A DNA stretch of 64,000 bases from a virus (IMGVR_UViG_3300030333_007705:10016-74015); one strand, 5' to 3'; counted from the stretch's first letter, positions 7,184 through 14,973 are shown. Notes: generated by a model not told the origin, from the letters alone. Translations and numbers: made by a program.

Positions 7184-8463
7184 CACTCGTCGATTCCGAT
7201 GATGCGCTCTGAGGTTGCGAAGTATGGTCGCTTGGCGTGGTACGTCGTGGTCATCCACATGCGCTGGCACTTACTGGCCTTGGGCTTGGGGGCCTCCATG
7301 TCCGTCAGGACGATATGACCATCGAAGTTGCGCTGGTTGACGTACTCAGTGGGCGGGTTGAAGTTCGTTCCACCGTACATGTATCGCTTCTGTGGGTGGC
7401 TCTGGCCCTTCTTCCAGACGAACACCTTGTCCTCTGCGACCTGTGTGTCGAAGGGGATGACAGTGAACGTGGCAAGGCCCGCCAACTTGTTGAGTTCAGC
7501 GTAGAAGGCAGCGAGCATGGAGTCGGACACCGAGCCAGACTGGTCGATGCTGACCGCGATGTTAGCAGTGCGGTTGACCTTGCGACCGGGGTGGACGTAG
7601 GCGTAGCGACGGTTCAGACGCTTGGGCGTGCTGCGCTTGTTGGCACGCTGCGAGGTCTTGACGAAGTAGCGAAGCACCTTGCGCCAGTCAACCTTCGAGG
7701 TCAGGCGCTCCAGAATCTCACGCTTGCAGGAGGCACCAACGGAGCCCCAGCCCTTGCTAGTGGCCTCGCCTGCTGCATCCTTCATAGCTTCCTTCAGTCG
7801 CTCCTTGGCAATATCCATCGCTTCCTGCGAGGCTGCGTTGGCCTCGCCCTGTCCCCACTCGTCATGCGAGTCGAACTGGCCTGCGGCGTCAGGGTCGAAT
7901 GGTTGGTTGCTGGGAGAGCCAGAGCCGCCGCCCTGACCGTCGCCGTCCTCGTCACCGGGCTCACCTTGCCCACCTTCCTGCTGCTCCTCGACCTTCTGGA
8001 TGAGCTTGTCGTAGTACCACTCAGCGGTCTTGTCACCGGGCATGTCCTCGAACATGGGACCACCAGGGATGCAGCACTTCTCAGGCAGGTTGTCTGCGCC
8101 GATATGATAGTTGATGGAGAGGTCCGCTGCGATGTTCCACAGCTTGAACTTCTGCGCCTCCTCTGGAGAGGGCTTGCCGCTGGTCATAACGCCAGCGAGT
8201 TCGTCAGGCAGGCGGCCAGTGACGTGCTCGAAGACGAGGTGGTAGAACTCGTGGACCAGAACGCCAGTGCGCTGCTTGTCAGTGAGCGGCTCGAAGAAGT
8301 CTGGATTGTAGACCATCTCGAAGTAACCATCCTCGTTGACTCGCACACCAGCGGTCGGGATGGACTTGTTCATCTTCTTCTCGATGCGGCGCGACAGCGC
8401 GGCGAAGAAGGGCTCCGACTGAAGCAGTCGGTAAACATGGTCATTGAGGTTGAAGTCGGACAT
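7183..8463 (-). CDS. HExxH metallopeptidase-like plus vWA domain protein (DUF2201-like)
   Basis: HEFYH motif, acidic/Gly linker, MIDAS DQSGS...GGTNF...LTD. Confidence 0.88.
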   Translation of the reverse strand: MSDFNLNDHVYRLLQSEPFFAALSRRIEKKMNKSIPTAGVRVNEDGYFEMVYNPDFFEPLTDKQRTGVLVHEFYHLVFEHVTGRLPDELAGVMTSGKPSPEEAQKFKLWNIAADLSINYHIGADNLPEKCCIPGGPMFEDMPGDKTAEWYYDKLIQKVEEQQEGGQGEPGDEDGDGQGGGSGSPSNQPFDPDAAGQFDSHDEWGQGEANAASQEAMDIAKERLKEAMKDAAGEATSKGWGSVGASCKREILERLTSKVDWRKVLRYFVKTSQRANKRSTPKRLNRRYAYVHPGRKVNRTANIAVSIDQSGSVSDSMLAAFYAELNKLAGLATFTVIPFDTQVAEDKVFVWKKGQSHPQKRYMYGGTNFNPPTEYVNQRNFDGHIVLTDMEAPKPKASKCQRMWMTTTYHAKRPYFATSERIIGIDE

Positions 8464-8724
8464 TATGTCCTCCATCGGTCGTCATCGGTTACAGAGATAA
8501 CGTAGGCACCACACCTACAGAGTAAATAAAAAAAGCAGCGAAGGGTCGATTTCTAGCAGAGCGACCGTGCTATCCTGTTTTGGTTTTTTCTTACATTCCG
8601 CACACTTACAGGCAAAAAGTGCGGGTCCATACTCTTGGCTCCATCGTCGCTGCTGGGAGCTTTTATAATAAAATCAATAAGTTAGTTGTTAGTTCATTTG
8701 AAACCTCCGTGATTCCAAAGGGTT

Positions 8725-8755
8725 GAGGCATCTGCTGGCCATGCCTCCCTGCGCC
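8725..8755 (-). ncRNA. Pseudoknot-like 3'-UTR element, copy 3
   Basis: GGC-GCAGG-GAGGCAT-G-GCC-AGCAG-ATGCCTC, 6 nt after the AAA gene stop; covaries with copies at 49640 and 49987. Confidence 0.6.
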
Positions 8756-8761
8756 TGAGTC

Positions 8762-9832
8762 TTAGGACTCGGTGGACTTCCCGGTCAGGATAGCCACCAG
8801 CTTGCCAGACACCGTTTCACCGTTGTCGGCCTGCGTCTTGTGGAACGAGGTGACGTTCTCCGTGTCACCCTTGCCGAGAGCCTGCCACAGCTTCATCACA
8901 GCCTCAGAGGGCAGGGAGACGAAGTAGTTGGCAAGGTTCTTGCACTGCTCCTCGGTCATCTTCTTGTGGAAGACCTCGGTGGACTCCATCTTCTCAATGA
9001 GAGCGCAGTGCTCGTTGATATTGAAGTCGGAGGTCTTATCGACCTTGCCGTCGTCGAGGATCATCTCGACCGTGACCTGCCGCTCGTAGTTCTTCACGAA
9101 GTCGTTGAAGGACACCGCAGCCTCGAAACCGACGAAGCCAGTGGCGAGGTGGAAGATGGCGGGGTTGTGGTCCTCGACACCGAGCATCCCAGCGGACGCG
9201 AGGCAGTCGTTGAGCCGCTTCCAAGAGCGACGCGAGGGGTAAACCTTGTTGGGCTCATAGTCCTCGTTGTGCTCCAAGTGAGAGCGGTTCTGGTTCACGA
9301 AGTCCCAGACCTCATCAGCCACGTTGCCCTTGGCCCAGGTGAGCCAGTCCTCGGTCGTGGGCTCCACGTCGAAGACGGTCCAGCGGTCAAGCTCGGCAGG
9401 GTCCATCTCGCCCACCTGATACTGCGAGCCATGCTCGCCACCGTTGACGGCAGCGATGATGACAGTATCGGGGTGAAGGTAGTTACCGAAAATCTTGCGA
9501 GAGTCGGTAAGCTCGAAGATGCCCTGGCGCACCTCTGGAATGGCGCGGTCAACCTCATCGAGGAAGAGGAGGACTGCACGCGAGCAGGCGTCAGCCAGCC
9601 AGTCGGGCGGGCAGAAGGACGTAACGTCGCCATCCGTGCGAGGAAGGCCAACGAGGTCGCCCTCAGTCATCTGTGATGCACGTCGTTCGACGACGGGCAG
9701 GCCCATGTCGCCAGCCACCTGATAGACAAGCTCAGACTTGCCTACGCCGTGACGACCACGGAGCATGAGCGGCTTCTTGACCGCGAGGACGTGAGGGGCA
9801 ACAGAAGTAAACGTCTTGAAATCGATAGCCAT
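8762..9832 (-). CDS. MoxR-like AAA+ ATPase, partner of the vWA protein
   Basis: Walker A GRHGVGKS, Walker B LLFLDE, MDPAELDRW, PSRRSW. Confidence 0.9.
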   Translation of the reverse strand: MAIDFKTFTSVAPHVLAVKKPLMLRGRHGVGKSELVYQVAGDMGLPVVERRASQMTEGDLVGLPRTDGDVTSFCPPDWLADACSRAVLLFLDEVDRAIPEVRQGIFELTDSRKIFGNYLHPDTVIIAAVNGGEHGSQYQVGEMDPAELDRWTVFDVEPTTEDWLTWAKGNVADEVWDFVNQNRSHLEHNEDYEPNKVYPSRRSWKRLNDCLASAGMLGVEDHNPAIFHLATGFVGFEAAVSFNDFVKNYERQVTVEMILDDGKVDKTSDFNINEHCALIEKMESTEVFHKKMTEEQCKNLANYFVSLPSEAVMKLWQALGKGDTENVTSFHKTQADNGETVSGKLVAILTGKSTES

Positions 9833-9928
9833 GATAACTCCGTGTCAGGCTAAGAGGGAACATATTTGGTGTCGGGCCTTCCGACATAACTAACGTAGGA
9901 ACCAGATTGTGCTGGTAAACACTTTTTT

Positions 9929-10579
9929 TTACTTTCGCGACTTTTTGAGCCAACGCTCTTGAATCACTAGGGTTTCTCCTGCGCCGATAGGCAGGACAGT
10001 GTAGGACCGCGAACCCTTGGTTGCGTGCAGGACATTCTGCTCGACATCGACGATGAGCACATCCTGGCCGCGAAGGCTCGGACGTAGCGGGCTCTGCATC
10101 GAGTCTCGAATCGTGACCATCGTACCCACCGCATAGAGAGGGCTCGCCGCTGCATTCGCCATCGCTCGTTGGACGTACTTGTTCTCAACCATCTTGCGAT
10201 ACAGCTTTTCGGACGGTATGTAGTTGGAATCATTGATGATTCTGTCCGCCGCATCGCTGAAGTAAGGCGGGTTTGCCTTGTAGTAGTTCGCAGCGAACAC
10301 CGCCTTGGTGCGCTTCTCAGGAGTCCACGACTCATTCCACGACTTGCGTGCGGCCTGGAAGGCCGGGTCGGAGTTCCTCTCGATGCGCTGATAGACCTCA
10401 TGCTGCTTCGCAGTGAGTCGGCCCCACTTCTTGGCAGATTCGAGCAAGGAAGACAGGAAGTTGCGCTCCCAATCCGTCAGCGTCGAGATTCCTTTCGCAG
10501 CCGTCTTCTCAATGCGAGCGACAAGCTCAGGGTTGTTCTGTCGAGGCTGTCGATTGTAGCGTCGTCCGTAGTATCCCAT
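9929..10579 (-). CDS. Hypothetical protein with C-terminal SH3-like domain
   Basis: GGAGACGAC leader; promoter at 10610-10637; C-terminal YAVGTMV... Confidence 0.75.
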   Translation of the reverse strand: MGYYGRRYNRQPRQNNPELVARIEKTAAKGISTLTDWERNFLSSLLESAKKWGRLTAKQHEVYQRIERNSDPAFQAARKSWNESWTPEKRTKAVFAANYYKANPPYFSDAADRIINDSNYIPSEKLYRKMVENKYVQRAMANAAASPLYAVGTMVTIRDSMQSPLRPSLRGQDVLIVDVEQNVLHATKGSRSYTVLPIGAGETLVIQERWLKKSRK

Positions 10580-10638
10580 CGTCGTCTCCATTGTCCGGGG
10601 TACGTGTAAAACATAGGCACGGGTTTCGCTGAGTAAAG

Positions 10639-10767
10639 AAAAAAAGATAACATGGCGTCCAGTCACCACACTGGATCGATGGTTCAGCTAGCATCGTTTT
10701 CCGCCACCCGTATACGCGGGCTTGAACTAAGGGGTCGGTTCAGTATCCGCCACCATGTCATCTTGGT
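10639..10767 (-). ncRNA. Structured small RNA (five-helix junction), unknown family
   Basis: 12-bp closing stem 10646-10657/10751-10762, four internal hairpins, own promoter at 10774-10801, U7 tract after the stem. Confidence 0.7.
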
Positions 10768-10809
10768 ATCTTTAATATAGTTACGAGAAAAAAGTAGTAA
10801 ACACCTTGA

Positions 10810-11019
10810 TCAAAGTTTTTCTAAGTCCTCGACAAACATCGAGTCCCAATCCCATCGATCGTTCCACTGGACCCATACCGACCACAGTGCCCCGTCGCGT
10901 TGGAAACAGGCGGTCGATGCCTCTTCGACCACGATGCCAAGAGCATCAGGGGGAATCTCTCCGTTGTTCCTGTGGACCTCTGGGTCATCCAGAAGTCTAA
11001 CCAAATCACCTACTTGCAT
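10810..11019 (-). CDS. SH3/KOW-like array protein A11
   Basis: MQVGDLV; 14-nt overlap junction. Confidence 0.8.
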   Translation of the reverse strand: MQVGDLVRLLDDPEVHRNNGEIPPDALGIVVEEASTACFQRDGALWSVWVQWNDRWDWDSMFVEDLEKL

Positions 11020-11212
11020 TGACCACCTTCAGAATGTTTGCCGCGTAAAAACCAGCGGGAGTGTATGTATCAACCCACTCGATGTAGGCTGTGGGTTGTC
11101 CGTGTGACGTGGAGCCTGTTTTAAGCACTACGCCAAGATACTTAGAGCCACGACCCAAAGTCTCGGTGGCTGAATAGTGCGACTCAAATGTAACCAAATC
11201 ACCGACTTGCAC
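11006..11212 (-). CDS. SH3/KOW-like array protein A10
   Basis: MQVGDLV...KVVNASR. Confidence 0.8.
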   Translation of the reverse strand: MQVGDLVTFESHYSATETLGRGSKYLGVVLKTGSTSHGQPTAYIEWVDTYTPAGFYAANILKVVNASR

Positions 11213-11381
11213 TGATTATCTCCAACATGCTGTTCACTTCTAGTGTTGGGCCTGGTTCCAGCCGGTCGTCATCAGTTTCGTATGTCCACTGCACCATGCA
11301 GTGTGCGCCTAGACTCTGCACCACTAGACCACAACCCAGCCTGGGAATCTCTTTATGTTTCACTAAGTTACCGACTTTCAC
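11199..11381 (-). CDS. SH3/KOW-like array protein A9
   Basis: MKVGNLV...EIISASR. Confidence 0.8.
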   Translation of the reverse strand: MKVGNLVKHKEIPRLGCGLVVQSLGAHCMVQWTYETDDDRLEPGPTLEVNSMLEIISASR

Positions 11382-11538
11382 TGATGACCCTCAACTGGCT
11401 CTGATACATATCGGCCTCGCCGTTTGGCCACTGGACTGTGGCGCGCTTGTCCAGGCTAGTAGTTCTCAAAATCTTGGCTACGATGCCCACGCCGTCTGTC
11501 TCCCAGCCTTTTTGCACAACCAAGTCACCGACTTGCAC
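11368..11538 (-). CDS. SH3/KOW-like array protein A8
   Basis: GTG start MQVGDLV...RVISESR. Confidence 0.8.
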   Translation of the reverse strand: MQVGDLVVQKGWETDGVGIVAKILRTTSLDKRATVQWPNGEADMYQSQLRVISESR

Positions 11539-11680
11539 TGACGACCTCGCACTGAGATGCAACGAACCAGACCGTGTGTCCGGTGCTGGTGAGTACCCTC
11601 AAGGTGCCGCCAGCGTTTGGCCGAGATAGCACCGTGGCCATCTGTCCATTAAAATATCTAATAATATCACCGACTTTCAA
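11525..11680 (-). CDS. SH3/KOW-like array protein A7 (51 aa, not in ORF track)
   Basis: TTG start MKVGDIIRYFNGQMATVLSRPNAGGTLRVLTSTGHTVWFVASQCEVVSASR. Confidence 0.75.
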   Translation of the reverse strand: MKVGDIIRYFNGQMATVLSRPNAGGTLRVLTSTGHTVWFVASQCEVVSASR

Positions 11681-11871
11681 CTTACCAACTCCAAATCGCC
11701 TTCAAGGTAGCGACCAGTCAGGCGACGGGCGTGGTGAGAGATGACACTGACGTGCCAAACCTTAGTGCCCTGAGCGGCTGAAAGCCACTGCCAAGACATG
11801 AGCATCGCAAGTGTGTTTTGTGGCAAGCCGATTGAGGCTCGCTTGATTCTCACTAGATTACCGGGCTGCAC
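11677..11871 (-). CDS. SH3/KOW-like array protein A6
   Basis: MQPGNLV...LELVS. Confidence 0.8.
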   Translation of the reverse strand: MQPGNLVRIKRASIGLPQNTLAMLMSWQWLSAAQGTKVWHVSVISHHARRLTGRYLEGDLELVS

Positions 11872-12037
11872 TAACTACCTCTGCACATCGCTTGAGTTCT
11901 CTCATGCTCATCCAAGTTGGGTTCTTGAAGTGAACGTCCTGTGTAACTAATATACGAACGTGATTGTAGTCAGTAAACTCTAAAATCAAACCAGTGTAGT
12001 TTGTTTCAGGAAACCTAATCAAATCACCTACTTGCAC
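11858..12037 (-). CDS. SH3/KOW-like array protein A5 (59 aa, not in ORF track)
   Basis: GTG start MQVGDLIRFPETNYTGLIL...EVVSAAR. Confidence 0.75.
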   Translation of the reverse strand: MQVGDLIRFPETNYTGLILEFTDYNHVRILVTQDVHFKNPTWMSMRELKRCAEVVSAAR

Positions 12038-12209
12038 TGATTAACTCCAAAAACGGCATCGCGCAACTTCTAGGCTCACGGTCAGGCATCATGGACCACT
12101 TGACGAGACATCGCCTAGCCTGGGGCGTCACCTCGACAATGAGCCCAACACCATACAACTCCGGTGGGGCCACGGCTGGCCTGATAGTCACCAAGTCACC
12201 GACTTTCAC
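12024..12209 (-). CDS. SH3/KOW-like array protein A4
   Basis: GTG start MKVGDLV...ELISASR. Confidence 0.8.
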   Translation of the reverse strand: MKVGDLVTIRPAVAPPELYGVGLIVEVTPQARRCLVKWSMMPDREPRSCAMPFLELISASR

Positions 12210-12252
12210 TGGCAACCTCCACGCCCCAAGGGGCTGCACAGCGCAGTCTCAC
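12196..12252 (-). pseudogene. Collapsed 18-codon array unit (VRLRCAAPWGVEVASESR*)
   Basis: GTG at the canonical junction position, in frame with a canonical EVASESR* end. Confidence 0.5.
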
Positions 12253-12418
12253 TGATGACTGTCACGTTTTTAGGGTCTGCATGAATATCATGAGGGTGGT
12301 CGAATGGTCTGATTCGCCAGACTGGATAGCGCTTCGAGCCGTCGTCGATGCCGACGATGAGGCCAAACTTTTCACCATACTGCTTTGTCTTTACTTTGAC
12401 TAAGTTACCGACTTTCAC
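12206..12418 (-). CDS. SH3/KOW-like array protein A3
   Basis: MKVGNLV...TVISE plus read-through tail. Confidence 0.8.
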   Translation of the reverse strand: MKVGNLVKVKTKQYGEKFGLIVGIDDGSKRYPVWRIRPFDHPHDIHADPKNVTVISETALCSPLGRGGCQ

Positions 12419-12581
12419 TGATAACCTCCAGTTGGTTCGCGAACCTCGCGGCACGAAAGCCGTTGTCAGGATTAACAGTGACAACCATCGTTTCGAGACT
12501 GTGTTGCACATCCACTACCAAAACAACCGGGTTGGACTCCAGTGTTTTAGATTTATATCTAACCAAGTCACCGGGCTGCAT
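12405..12581 (-). CDS. SH3/KOW-like array protein A2
   Basis: MQPGDLV...EVISESR. Confidence 0.8.
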   Translation of the reverse strand: MQPGDLVRYKSKTLESNPVVLVVDVQHSLETMVVTVNPDNGFRAARFANQLEVISESR

Positions 12582-12792
12582 TGACAACCTCCAACTCGTC
12601 GAGAGCCATAGGATGCAAGCCATCGTGGACTTGCCCAAGGCCGGGAGCATCGCGACCCTCGCCTTCAATACCAGGGTAGTGAACTTGAATCGTCATGTCG
12701 CCATGCGCTGCGAAAATCTTTGCGGCGACGCCAACGCGACCTTTGTAGAAGCGAGCGTAACCAACATACCTTACCAAGTCACCGACTTGCAT
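12568..12792 (-). CDS. SH3/KOW-like array protein A1
   Basis: MQVGDLV...EVVNAAR; SD AGGAG; promoter at 12825-12853. Confidence 0.8.
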   Translation of the reverse strand: MQVGDLVRYVGYARFYKGRVGVAAKIFAAHGDMTIQVHYPGIEGEGRDAPGLGQVHDGLHPMALDELEVVNAAR

Positions 12793-12863
12793 GTCCATCT
12801 CCTGTGTCATCCGTGGACAACTAAAACATAGTCACGCAGTCGGGACTGGTAAAGAAAAAAAGT

Positions 12864-12929
12864 CTACTGCACGATGGCGTAGACGAGACTAGCTAGGCAA
12901 ATCGTGCCATAAGAAACTGCAAGTGTCAT
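12864..12929 (-). CDS. 21-aa hydrophobic peptide
   Basis: SD AGGAG; MTLAVSYGTICLASLVYAIVQ. Confidence 0.35.
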   Translation of the reverse strand: MTLAVSYGTICLASLVYAIVQ

Positions 12930-12961
12930 CCTGTTTCTCCTTTTATTTCAATGAGTTATAG

Positions 12962-13129
12962 TTATGCCTTGAGGATGCGACTGCTGCCACAGGCAGTGCA
13001 GTTGCTCTCGCAGGCGGGGCGAGTGGGCTTGGGCTTGTTGAGGTATTTGCAACCACAAGAGCCACAGTAATAGTTGTAGGGTTCAGGCTTCGGCTTGGGT
13101 GCTGGACAGCACCAATAGCTCATAATCAT
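12962..13129 (-). CDS. Cys-rich zinc-ribbon-like small protein
   Basis: CGSCGC...CTACG; TAATG coupling. Confidence 0.6.
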   Translation of the reverse strand: MIMSYWCCPAPKPKPEPYNYYCGSCGCKYLNKPKPTRPACESNCTACGSSRILKA

Positions 13130-13341
13130 TAGATTACCTCTAGGTGGCTCCTTTGAAACCACCACGGTTTGCCATGTCGTTGTTGTGATGCAGACAACTC
13201 TGGACCAATAGGCTCGACGACACACTCGATGCCTATCGTCTTGACTACTAGCCCGACCCTGCCTGCTGCTTCTGTGTTGGGGTAGTCCTCGCTAATCTTT
13301 ACGAGGTTGCCAACTCTTGGTTTCGGGGGTCGTCCTTCCAT
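13129..13341 (-). CDS. SH3/KOW-like small protein (leaderless)
   Basis: RVGNLV...HLEVI; ATG 6 nt after -10. Confidence 0.75.
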   Translation of the reverse strand: MEGRPPKPRVGNLVKISEDYPNTEAAGRVGLVVKTIGIECVVEPIGPELSASQQRHGKPWWFQRSHLEVI

Positions 13342-13377
13342 GCTGATACCATAGGAACAGATAATGCAGAGTAAACA

Positions 13378-13767
13378 TTAAATCGAAATATGCCTGGAAA
13401 TGTAAATGTTTTCAAAGCCATAGCCGCGTGTTTCGTTGTCATCCATGTCTTCGCCAACGCGAACAAACTTGAAAAGCTCCGCGTAGTTAGGAGCGTTATC
13501 GTCGTCCTTGAGGCCAAACTCCGACAGGTCTTCACACTCCAGGCCCTCGATGAACTTCTCAATCATGGCGATCTCTGGATAGCTGTCATACCACTTGACA
13601 TGCTCCCAATGCATGAGCCAGTTGCCCTTGCCGTCGTAGTCGGTGTCAAGATTGTCAACGTCCCTCGTGCATAGCTTCTGCGTCTCCTCGCACTTGGCGA
13701 AAGCCGTCATCAAGGCTGGCATCAGTTCTGCATGAACTGCCAGTATTACTTCAGATCTGTATCCCAT
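13378..13767 (-). CDS. Phage hypothetical protein (MGYRSEV...KWYDSY...FVRVGED family)
   Basis: 129-aa ORF in operon context. Confidence 0.75.
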   Translation of the reverse strand: MGYRSEVILAVHAELMPALMTAFAKCEETQKLCTRDVDNLDTDYDGKGNWLMHWEHVKWYDSYPEIAMIEKFIEGLECEDLSEFGLKDDDNAPNYAELFKFVRVGEDMDDNETRGYGFENIYISRHISI

Positions 13768-14034
13768 TTACCATGCTCCGTTGTAAGACCAGCAGAAATC
13801 ATTATCCCACTGGCACCATTCTTCATACCATCCATCGACCATCCAGACACAACATGTTGTGCCATCGTCGTACCAGTCGCACCATTCGGGCTCCCAATAA
13901 TATGGATCTTCTGTGCAATAATCAGGCGTGTAATAGACTACCACGCCGCTTGTATTTGGCACCGGCCTAGTCTCAAGCTCGACCGTGCAGCATGACAACA
14001 ATAGGCACAGAGTCGCGAGAGTAAAGTTTTTCAT
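13768..14034 (-). CDS. Putative Cys/Trp-rich lipoprotein
   Basis: MKNFTLATLCLLLSC lipobox-like; SD GGAGGAG; ATGA overlap. Confidence 0.65.
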   Translation of the reverse strand: MKNFTLATLCLLLSCCTVELETRPVPNTSGVVVYYTPDYCTEDPYYWEPEWCDWYDDGTTCCVWMVDGWYEEWCQWDNDFCWSYNGAW

Positions 14035-14294
14035 CGACGCTCCTCCCACAGTCGCCAACCAGCCTTTGTGATGGCGTCTTCACTGTTCCTCTGTTTCTTG
14101 TGAGAGGCAAAGACCTCGCTGCCATCAGGCATACGAATGAGGTACTGTGAGCCTCGGATGTGCTCAACTACGAGCGCACCCTCAAAACCTTTCTGGGTGA
14201 TGAGTGAGCCAACGAGAGCTTGTCGCTCGCGGGCAAACTGTGCCCTATCTTCAGCGGTTAGCCGTCGGTTCCTTGTTCTGTCTCTGCGTCTCAT
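14031..14294 (-). CDS. Hypothetical protein, SH3-like C-terminal half
   Basis: Arg-rich N-terminus; VGSLI...ALVV...YLIR. Confidence 0.65.
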   Translation of the reverse strand: MRRRDRTRNRRLTAEDRAQFARERQALVGSLITQKGFEGALVVEHIRGSQYLIRMPDGSEVFASHKKQRNSEDAITKAGWRLWEERR

Positions 14295-14551
14295 ACTCTC
14301 TTCTCCGGGTAGAATCTATAGACAAGACGCCAGTGCTGGGCGCGTTCCTGCTTGGTAGCCTCATCCCAATAGAGAGACGGGGAGCTGTCATCTTCCCAAA
14401 CAGCCGACGCATACTGAAGTTCATAGTCGCTGTCTTGTCGCTTGAAAATCTGAACTGCGATATTCTCCAGAACCACTTGCCCTGCATCAACTGTATCAGT
14501 AACAAGCGAGCCAAACTTTGGGTGGTTAATATCGGGGTTAAATCGTGTCAT
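14291..14551 (-). CDS. Hypothetical protein
   Basis: Coupled ORF. Confidence 0.6.
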   Translation of the reverse strand: MTRFNPDINHPKFGSLVTDTVDAGQVVLENIAVQIFKRQDSDYELQYASAVWEDDSSPSLYWDEATKQERAQHWRLVYRFYPEKRV

Positions 14552-14720
14552 CGAAGTCGTCCTCTTCGTCGTTCACTGGTACTATAGGAACGCCATCAGG
14601 TAGAGTAAACCTGTCATCATCAGAAAAAACCAAATCGACTTCGCGATCTCCACTAACATCTCGTTTTTGTTCATCTTTTTTACTCCATCGAGTTATGTGG
14701 AACCATTCTTTTTCAGCCAT
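14538..14720 (-). CDS. Acidic hypothetical protein
   Basis: Start MAEKEW overlapping the upstream stop. Confidence 0.55.
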   Translation of the reverse strand: MAEKEWFHITRWSKKDEQKRDVSGDREVDLVFSDDDRFTLPDGVPIVPVNDEEDDFDDTI

Positions 14721-14973
14721 TCGATAGCAACTTGACTTCCCAGCACTGAACCTTGTCCGGGTTGTTTTGTCGCGGACGATATTGTGGCGCCTTGAACCAG
14801 TGAACCCAGAGGTCATAGCGAGCCTGCTTTTTGCCTCCAAGCACCTTGGCGTAATGCTCTTCCAAAACATATTCCTTGTGAAGAACCATGCCAAGTGTGT
14901 GGCACGGCTCAGGCGCATAAGCCTCAGTTACCATCGCACCGGGTTTCAATTGTTTGCAGTCTTTCATATTCAT
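14713..14973 (-). CDS. SH3/KOW-like small protein
   Basis: LKPGAMV...LGMVL...WVHW. Confidence 0.7.
   Translation of the reverse strand: MNMKDCKQLKPGAMVTEAYAPEPCHTLGMVLHKEYVLEEHYAKVLGGKKQARYDLWVHWFKAPQYRPRQNNPDKVQCWEVKLLSNG

Noticed and set aside
4097-9676. Long plus-strand ORFs (4097-5263, 7237-8505, 8840-9676)
   Set aside because: They are antisense shadows of the sigma, vWA and AAA genes caused by C/G-ending codon bias; no SD, promoter or recognisable motifs
10646-10762. Small RNA as a tRNA or hammerhead ribozyme
   Set aside because: No anticodon/D-arm geometry or terminal CCA on a 7-bp acceptor stem; CTGAACC does not match the CUGANGA hammerhead core
10999-12792. Junction repeats as a CRISPR array or integron attC sites
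   Set aside because: Repeats are degenerate, protein-coding and non-palindromic, spacers are about 140-200 nt ORFs, and no cas or integrase gene is in the window
12895-12910. TGGCACGATTTGC as a sigma54 promoter
   Set aside because: GG-to-GC spacing is 8 nt instead of the required 10
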